Part shown: positions 58,638 through 64,000 of the stretch, one piece after another
Position numbering within the stretch: position 1 is the first letter of the stretch
Layout: each line of letters begins with the position of its first letter
From: Bacillales bacterium UBA7581
GTDB lineage: Bacteria > Bacillota_I > Bacilli_A > RFN20 > CAG-826
Assembly: GCA_002477825.1 (NCBI GenBank)
Contig: DLKT01000003.1
Location: 4,158-68,157 of the forward strand
Length of the DNA: 64,000 bases
Reading direction: 5' to 3'
Position numbers and translations under genes: made by a program
The notes under the pieces: generated by a model
What the model saw: only the letters and a program-made list of their open reading frames with translations
The model's database searches: none
Told to the model about the DNA's origin: nothing

Positions 58638-60410
58638 ATGGCAAAAGTAAATATTAAAATTGAAGGACACTCCTATCAAGTTGAAGAAGGACTTACCATT
58701 TTAGAAGCTGCACGTGCTTGTGGCTATGAAATTCCTTCCTTATGTAACTATAATCATGGCGAATGCTCTCGCGGTTCCTGCCGTGTTTGCTTAGTCGAAG
58801 TGAAAGGCGCTAGAGGCTTAGTGGCTTCTTGTGTATATCCAGTCAATGAAGGAATGGAAATCACCATTTCCTCACCAAAAGCAACTTCCGCTCGTCGCGT
58901 GAATGTTGAATTATTATTATCCAACCACAATCAATCTTGCTTACAATGTGAAAAAGCAGGACACTGTGAATTACTTCATGTCGCTCACTTAGTAGGTGCT
59001 CGTGAAGGTATGTTTGCCGGAGCAAAAACGCCTGCAACTTTAGATGAGCTAAGTCCATCTCTTATCCGTGATACCAGTAAATGTATCCTTTGCGGACGCT
59101 GCGTTTCTCGCTGCCAAGCCGCTCATGGTAATGGTATTTTAGGATTTGAAAACCGTGGCTTTAAGACCATGGTTGCCCCTGCATTCAATCGTTCTTTTAG
59201 CAAATCACCATGTTTACTTTGTGGACAATGCGTTACCGTCTGTCCAACCGGTGCTTTAATGGAAAAGAGCGATATCGAATTAGTGGACGATGCCTTTAGA
59301 AGCGGAAAGACCGTTATCGTTCAAACCGCTCCAGCTGTCCGTGCTGCTTTAGGTGAAGAATTTGGCTTCCCAATTGGCACACGTGTCACTGGAAAAATGG
59401 TTGCAGCCTTACATCGTTTAGGTTTCTATCGTGTATATGACGTCAACTTTGGCGCAGACTTAACCATTATGGAAGAATCCAACGAATTAATCGAACGTAT
59501 TAAAAATGGTGGAGCACTTCCAATGATTACCTCCTGTTCTCCAGGTTGGGTAAACTATGCAGAATACTATTATAGTGATGTTTTACCACACTTATCTTCT
59601 TGCAAATCTCCACATGAAATGGAAGGCGCAATTATTAAATCGTACTTTGCTGAAAAGAACAATTTAAATCCAGAAGATATCTTCGTGGTTTCCATTATGC
59701 CATGTACTGCGAAAAAATATGAAAAAGATCGTGAAGAATTACGCTCTAGCGAAGGCTATAAAGACGTTGATGCCGTTTTAACCACAAGAGAACTTGCAAA
59801 ACTCATCAAACGTGCAGGTATTAACTTTGCTAAATTACCTGATGAACAATTTGATCAAGATTTATTAGGTGATTATACCGGTGCTGGTGTCATCTTCGGT
59901 GCTACCGGCGGCGTTATGGAAGCGGCTTTAAGAACGGCTTATCACACTTTAACGGGTAAAGAACACGAAGCTATTGACTTTACTGAAGTTCGTGGACTTG
60001 AAGGCTTAAAAGAAGCAACATTAAATATTAATGGATTAGAAATCCGTGTCGCTGTTGCAAGCGGTATGAGAAATGCGAAACCATTATTAGATGATATACG
60101 TGCTGGCAAGAGCCCATATCACTTCATTGAAATTATGGGATGCCCAGGTGGCTGTATCAATGGTGGTGGACAACCTCTGGTTCAACCATGCTTCTTACCT
60201 AACGAAGGTCTTGATATTTTAGATACTTATAGAGCAAAACGTGCGAAAACACTTTATGATGAAGATAAAGATTTACCACTTCGTCAATCGCATAATAACC
60301 CACAAATTCAAGACTTATACAAAGACTATTTAGGCGAAATCGGTGGACATCGTGCTCATGAATTACTTCATACACATTATAACGATCACCGTGAACGTTT
60401 CCCTAAGTAA
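58638..60410 (+). CDS. hydA: [FeFe] hydrogenase catalytic subunit HydA (group A, NuoG-like N-terminus)
   Basis: H-cluster motifs TSCSPGW (L1), MPCTAKKYE (L2), EIMGCPGGCINGGGQP (L3). N-terminal 2Fe-2S and 4Fe-4S cluster motifs. Confidence 0.95.
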   Translation: MAKVNIKIEGHSYQVEEGLTILEAARACGYEIPSLCNYNHGECSRGSCRVCLVEVKGARGLVASCVYPVNEGMEITISSPKATSARRVNVELLLSNHNQSCLQCEKAGHCELLHVAHLVGAREGMFAGAKTPATLDELSPSLIRDTSKCILCGRCVSRCQAAHGNGILGFENRGFKTMVAPAFNRSFSKSPCLLCGQCVTVCPTGALMEKSDIELVDDAFRSGKTVIVQTAPAVRAALGEEFGFPIGTRVTGKMVAALHRLGFYRVYDVNFGADLTIMEESNELIERIKNGGALPMITSCSPGWVNYAEYYYSDVLPHLSSCKSPHEMEGAIIKSYFAEKNNLNPEDIFVVSIMPCTAKKYEKDREELRSSEGYKDVDAVLTTRELAKLIKRAGINFAKLPDEQFDQDLLGDYTGAGVIFGATGGVMEAALRTAYHTLTGKEHEAIDFTEVRGLEGLKEATLNINGLEIRVAVASGMRNAKPLLDDIRAGKSPYHFIEIMGCPGGCINGGGQPLVQPCFLPNEGLDILDTYRAKRAKTLYDEDKDLPLRQSHNNPQIQDLYKDYLGEIGGHRAHELLHTHYNDHRERFPK

Positions 60411-60430
60411 TTCGTTTAAAAACAAAAATA

Positions 60431-60465
60431 AAAGCTGTAGCTAATTAACTAGCCACAGCTTTTTT
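60431..60465. terminator. Terminator between hydA and the DUF2974-like gene
   Basis: aaagctgtagct-N8-agccacagcttt hairpin (one mismatch) followed by a T run. Confidence 0.75.
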
Positions 60466-60474
60466 CTTTAAGCT

Positions 60475-61578
60475 TTAGTTTTGGAATTTAATTACAATCG
60501 CTTTATTTCTTCTAAAGATATTATATAGCTTTAATAAGTAGCGGATGTTTTTATGACTCATTTTATACTTATTAAATAAGACAGAAACGACGTTTTTCAT
60601 GTTAGCAAACTCTAAAAGATTATTAGGCTTTAAAGAGGCAATAAATGAATTTAAGTCTTCTGTTAATCCATTTTTATCTTCTTCGCTCATGGAAGCGATT
60701 AAAGCATCGACTTCTTCTTTAATGTGATTAGAGTCTTCATTAAAAGCAGTAGCTTCTACGAAATGATCACATTCAATATACCAATAGAATGGATTATGTT
60801 GATCTAACCCTTTAGAATCACTTTTTACGATAAGAGGTGGAACATCTAATTCAAAAAGACGTCCGACGATACCACCATTCGGAATGACATGAATAATACG
60901 GTCACGCATTAAATCAAGCAGATTTGCGTCTAAGGTTCCAGGATAGAAACCTGGTCCATCTAAAGAATAAACTTTTACAATACGCTTTTGAACTTCTTCG
61001 GTAGTGTATAAGCTAGAATAAACAGAAAGATTTCCACCTTTTGAGTGACCGCCAATAAAGATATCTTTATCGGGGTAAAGTGAAGCAATTTCTGTTAGAT
61101 AGGAACCAGAATCCTTTTGTGCAGGAATTGGGAAAACAGAAAGCATACTTACATCTTCAGCCCAACCCACTAAAGAATCATCCGTGCCACGGAAAGTAAT
61201 ATAAAGTTGAGATTCATCAATTATAAATGTTAAAGCGGCAAATTGCTTGGATTCTGTAACACTTACGTGGTTAATAAAGTTACAAACACGTATATTTTTA
61301 TAACGCTTTTTCTCGATAATCATCTTGGCAACTTTAAACATATCTTTAGGGATGATAAGACCTAAAGATAATTTTTTTTCATCTTTTCCTTTGAAATATT
61401 CTAAGATAAGTTCATCAATTTTTCTTTCTTCGGTGGAAGGAAAAGTGGCAATTAAATGATCAAAATCAAGGAAGGATACCATATTAAGAATCAAAGCATC
61501 AATGGCGTTAAATGGCCGTTCTTCAAAAGTTAAATCGCCTCTCCATTTAATGTAATCAAACATATTGTAATGTGTCAT
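60475..61578 (-). CDS. Alpha/beta-hydrolase, Mbeg1-like (DUF2974) putative lipase/esterase
   Basis: Nucleophile elbow GGHSKGGN and an N-terminus MFDYIKWRGDLTFEE typical of the DUF2974 family as I recall it. Confidence 0.6.
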   Translation of the reverse strand: MTHYNMFDYIKWRGDLTFEERPFNAIDALILNMVSFLDFDHLIATFPSTEERKIDELILEYFKGKDEKKLSLGLIIPKDMFKVAKMIIEKKRYKNIRVCNFINHVSVTESKQFAALTFIIDESQLYITFRGTDDSLVGWAEDVSMLSVFPIPAQKDSGSYLTEIASLYPDKDIFIGGHSKGGNLSVYSSLYTTEEVQKRIVKVYSLDGPGFYPGTLDANLLDLMRDRIIHVIPNGGIVGRLFELDVPPLIVKSDSKGLDQHNPFYWYIECDHFVEATAFNEDSNHIKEEVDALIASMSEEDKNGLTEDLNSFIASLKPNNLLEFANMKNVVSVLFNKYKMSHKNIRYLLKLYNIFRRNKAIVIKFQN

Positions 61579-61770
61579 AAAAAAGCCTCCCTTTACAAAT
61601 ACTTTAAATAATTTTTAAGAGAAAATAAAGAAAAAAACATAAAAAATTTCAACTCCAATATTAGAATGTTTCACTAAAACAAAAAATAAATGCGTAAAAA
61701 AGTAATTTTTCTATCATTATCTGAACAAGATATAAAAATAATTAATAACGTGTGTAGAATAAATGATAGT

Positions 61771-61792
61771 GAAGAAAAATATATTTTTCTTC
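61771..61792. repeat. Perfect 22-bp palindrome in the cysS promoter region
   Basis: GAAGAAAAATA|TATTTTTCTTC (11+11, no loop), ending 10 nt upstream of the -10 hexamer. Confidence 0.9.
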
Positions 61793-61799
61793 GAAGACA

Positions 61800-61808
61800 T
61801 GCTATAAT
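61800..61808 (+). promoter_or_regulatory. Extended -10 element of the cysS promoter
   Basis: TGCTATAAT, 22 nt upstream of the cysS ATG region (SD GGGAGGAA). Confidence 0.5.
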
Positions 61809-61830
61809 GTCTAATACTAGGGAGGAATAG

Positions 61831-63171
61831 ATGATGGAAATCAAATTATTTAATTCTTTATCCAATCAAATTGAAACTTTTGTGCCATTAGAGAAGGGAA
61901 AGGTTTCTATGTATGTATGTGGTCCAACCGTTTACGACTATGTTCATATTGGAAACATGCGTCCAGTTGTTGTTTTTGACACATTGCGTAGATTTTTAAG
62001 TTATGTGGGCTATGAAGTAACTTATGTGAGCAATTATACGGATGTGGATGACAAGATCATTCTCAAAGCGCAAAAAACAGGCAAAACGGAAAAAGAAATC
62101 ACTGATTTTTATATTGGTGAATTTGAAAAAGACGTACGTTTAATTCATTCTAAACTTCCCAATATAACGCCAAGAGTGACGGAATATATGCCACAGATTA
62201 TTTCTTTTATCGATGAATTAGTGAAAAAAGATGCAGCTTATATCGTCGATGATGATGTGTATTTCAAAGTAAGTGCGGATCCTAAATATGGTGTTCTCAG
62301 TAATACAAATACTGAGGATTTGCTAGTAGGTGCACGTATTGATGAAAACATGAAGAAACAATCACCTCTTGATTTTACCCTTTGGAAAAAAACAGAGGTA
62401 GGTGTGAAATGGAATTCACCATGGTCTGAAGGTAGACCAGGTTGGCATACGGAATGCGTAGTGATGATTCAATCGCTTTTCAAAAATGGACGCATTGATA
62501 TTCATGGTGGTGGCTTCGATTTAAAATTTCCCCATCATGAAAATGAAATTGCACAATCCATGGTAAGCAAAGGACACGCTATTGCAAATTACTGGATGCA
62601 TAATGGATTTATTAACATCAATAGTGAAAAAATGTCCAAATCGCTTGGCAACGTTATCACGGCCCATGATGCATTAACAAAATATGGGGGCAATACGGTG
62701 CGCTTATTACTTTTAAGCACACATTACCGCGCTCCTGTTAATTTTGCTGATGACATGTTACAAAATAACGAAAAAGAAATTCAAAAAATGCAGACAACAT
62801 ATCGTCAAATAGGAGTAAAACTGCAATTAGCCTCCATGCCGATTGAAGGTGGAAAAGCCACGGACATCGAAGGATTTTTAAAAGCACTCGCCGATGATCT
62901 AAATACTTCTAATGCTTTAAGTGAAGTATTTAGAGTAATGAAAGATGGCAATACTTTATTACGTAATAAAGAAATTGATTATGAAAAATTACAAGGCGTT
63001 TTCTTTACTTTAAAAGATATGTTCTCTATTTTAGGATTAGAAATGGATTTACCCGTGTTAACTGATGAAGATAAAGAACTCTATGCAAGTTATTTAAAGG
63101 CAAAACAAGAAAAAGATTTTGCAAAAAGCGATGAAATTCGCCAAGTTTTAATGGAAAAACACTTGCTTTAG
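61831..63171 (+). CDS. cysS: Cysteine--tRNA ligase
   Basis: HIGN (HIGH) and KMSKS class I motifs, plus Zn-binding Cys (CGPT..., HTEC). Confidence 0.97.
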   Translation: MMEIKLFNSLSNQIETFVPLEKGKVSMYVCGPTVYDYVHIGNMRPVVVFDTLRRFLSYVGYEVTYVSNYTDVDDKIILKAQKTGKTEKEITDFYIGEFEKDVRLIHSKLPNITPRVTEYMPQIISFIDELVKKDAAYIVDDDVYFKVSADPKYGVLSNTNTEDLLVGARIDENMKKQSPLDFTLWKKTEVGVKWNSPWSEGRPGWHTECVVMIQSLFKNGRIDIHGGGFDLKFPHHENEIAQSMVSKGHAIANYWMHNGFININSEKMSKSLGNVITAHDALTKYGGNTVRLLLLSTHYRAPVNFADDMLQNNEKEIQKMQTTYRQIGVKLQLASMPIEGGKATDIEGFLKALADDLNTSNALSEVFRVMKDGNTLLRNKEIDYEKLQGVFFTLKDMFSILGLEMDLPVLTDEDKELYASYLKAKQEKDFAKSDEIRQVLMEKHLL

Positions 63172-63192
63172 AAGAAAGAAAAGGGAAAAACA

Positions 63193-63975
63193 ATGAATTT
63201 ATTATATACATTTTTGGAAGGAGACGCAGGAAAAGCTTTTGGTGTAACCACCATTGACCAAATCATTATTGATTGGTTTAATCAGCTTTTTAATGGCAAC
63301 GGATGGGGAAACCTTATCTTAATCGTTTTCTCATTATTAATGGCCACACTTTTGGGTGGTATTATTGGTTTTGAAAGAGAATATCATGGTCACGCGGCTG
63401 GCTTAAGAACCCATATTTTAGTTTCTTTAGGCTCGGCGCTTATTACGATTATTTCATTATATGGCTTTGGAGATGCCGGTATTGTAGGAAGTCGAGATCC
63501 CGCAAGACTTGTTGCTCAAGTCGTTAGTGGTATTGGCTTTTTAGGTGCTGGTACGATTATTCAAACGGGCGTAGATATTAAAGGTTTAACGACTGCCACG
63601 ACACTTTGGTTTGTGATGGCAATTGGTGTTGCCGCGGGTGCTGGAAGATTTATTATTGCTGCGATTGCTACCATTATTGCTTTAGTTACCTTAACTTCAT
63701 TACGCAAAATTGAGGCTTATACCGCGAATAAGATGCCAAAAATTATCATGCTTGTCGAAGGCGATAAGCCAATTTTAAAAGAAGTCATGTTAATTGCTTA
63801 TAATTATGGACTTACTATTAAAGACATTCAGACACAAGTCATTGTAAATGAAGGTAAGAACTGCTTACGTGTATCTATTGCTTTTATTCATGGTAAACTT
63901 AATTTAGTACAAGAATTATCTTTAGAACTACAAAGCAAGCTAAAACCTATCGAAATAAGTGTAACAAAATCTTAA
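63193..63975 (+). CDS. MgtC/SapB-family membrane protein
   Basis: GGIIGFEREYHGHAAGLRTHILVSLGSAL is the hallmark MgtC N-domain. 4-5 TM segments plus a soluble C-terminal domain. Confidence 0.85.
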   Translation: MNLLYTFLEGDAGKAFGVTTIDQIIIDWFNQLFNGNGWGNLILIVFSLLMATLLGGIIGFEREYHGHAAGLRTHILVSLGSALITIISLYGFGDAGIVGSRDPARLVAQVVSGIGFLGAGTIIQTGVDIKGLTTATTLWFVMAIGVAAGAGRFIIAAIATIIALVTLTSLRKIEAYTANKMPKIIMLVEGDKPILKEVMLIAYNYGLTIKDIQTQVIVNEGKNCLRVSIAFIHGKLNLVQELSLELQSKLKPIEISVTKS

Positions 63976-64000
63976 TTATTTAAATTAAAAGTTTAGTGAA

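Noticed and set aside
61689-61830. 47-aa upstream ORF (MRKKVIFLSLSEQDIKIINNVCRIN...) whose TAG stop directly abuts the cysS ATG; considered as a Cys-sensing leader peptide
   Set aside because: It has no Shine-Dalgarno sequence. Its start lies upstream of the predicted cysS promoter, and a single Cys codon is not enriched. It is most likely a chance ORF.
61579-61830. Possible T-box riboswitch upstream of cysS
   Set aside because: No specifier-loop/T-box conserved sequence or terminator/antiterminator pair is visible. The best promoter leaves a leader far too short for a T-box.

Overview
Gene-dense, AT-rich chromosomal segment from a low-GC Firmicute. Gene content suggests an anaerobic gut-type organism (Erysipelotrichia/Clostridia-like: HydABC hydrogenase, GerQ-like spore coat gene, strong GGAGG Shine-Dalgarno sites); this taxonomic guess is inference only. 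Layout: (1) a 5'-truncated GH13 glycosidase plus a maltodextrin-type ABC transporter (1-6.8 kb). (2) Housekeeping genes: PAP2 phosphatase, Nudix-mutY, yebC, pepT. (3) A 3-gene accessory-looking insert (orphan AAA_21/SMC-like ATPase, GT-D-like protein, Wzy/O-antigen-ligase-like membrane protein) between pepT and the tgt-queA-queH queuosine module (12-18.5 kb). (4) The complete S10-spc-alpha ribosomal protein supercluster, rpsJ to rplQ, including secY, adk, map, infA, rpmJ and rpoA but with no rpmD (18.8-33.2 kb). (5) fba, divergent from an Fbp/Afu-type ABC transporter. (6) An RDD-family protein and a Cof-type HAD hydrolase. (7) preT-preA dihydropyrimidine dehydrogenase plus a GltD-like paralog. 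(8) A small polysaccharide locus: flippase plus three GT4 glycosyltransferases. (9) ung, a GerQ-like gene, and a TPP riboswitch with thiT. (10) htpG behind a CIRCE operator. (11) A beta-propeller protein and a membrane protein pair. (12) hydC-hydB-hydA, the layout of trimeric electron-bifurcating [FeFe] hydrogenases. (13) A DUF2974-like hydrolase, cysS and an MgtC-family gene. I saw no tRNA, rRNA, CRISPR array, transposase or integrase. I cannot point to a clearly novel multi-gene system. The best candidates for follow-up are the pepT-tgt insert, the MsmK-type ATPase with two extra TOBE-like modules, two promoters carrying a perfect cre box in the spacer (Afu-like transporter and preTA), the CIRCE-controlled htpG, and the beta-propeller/membrane protein pair. 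All coordinates and motifs were read by eye. No database search was run.
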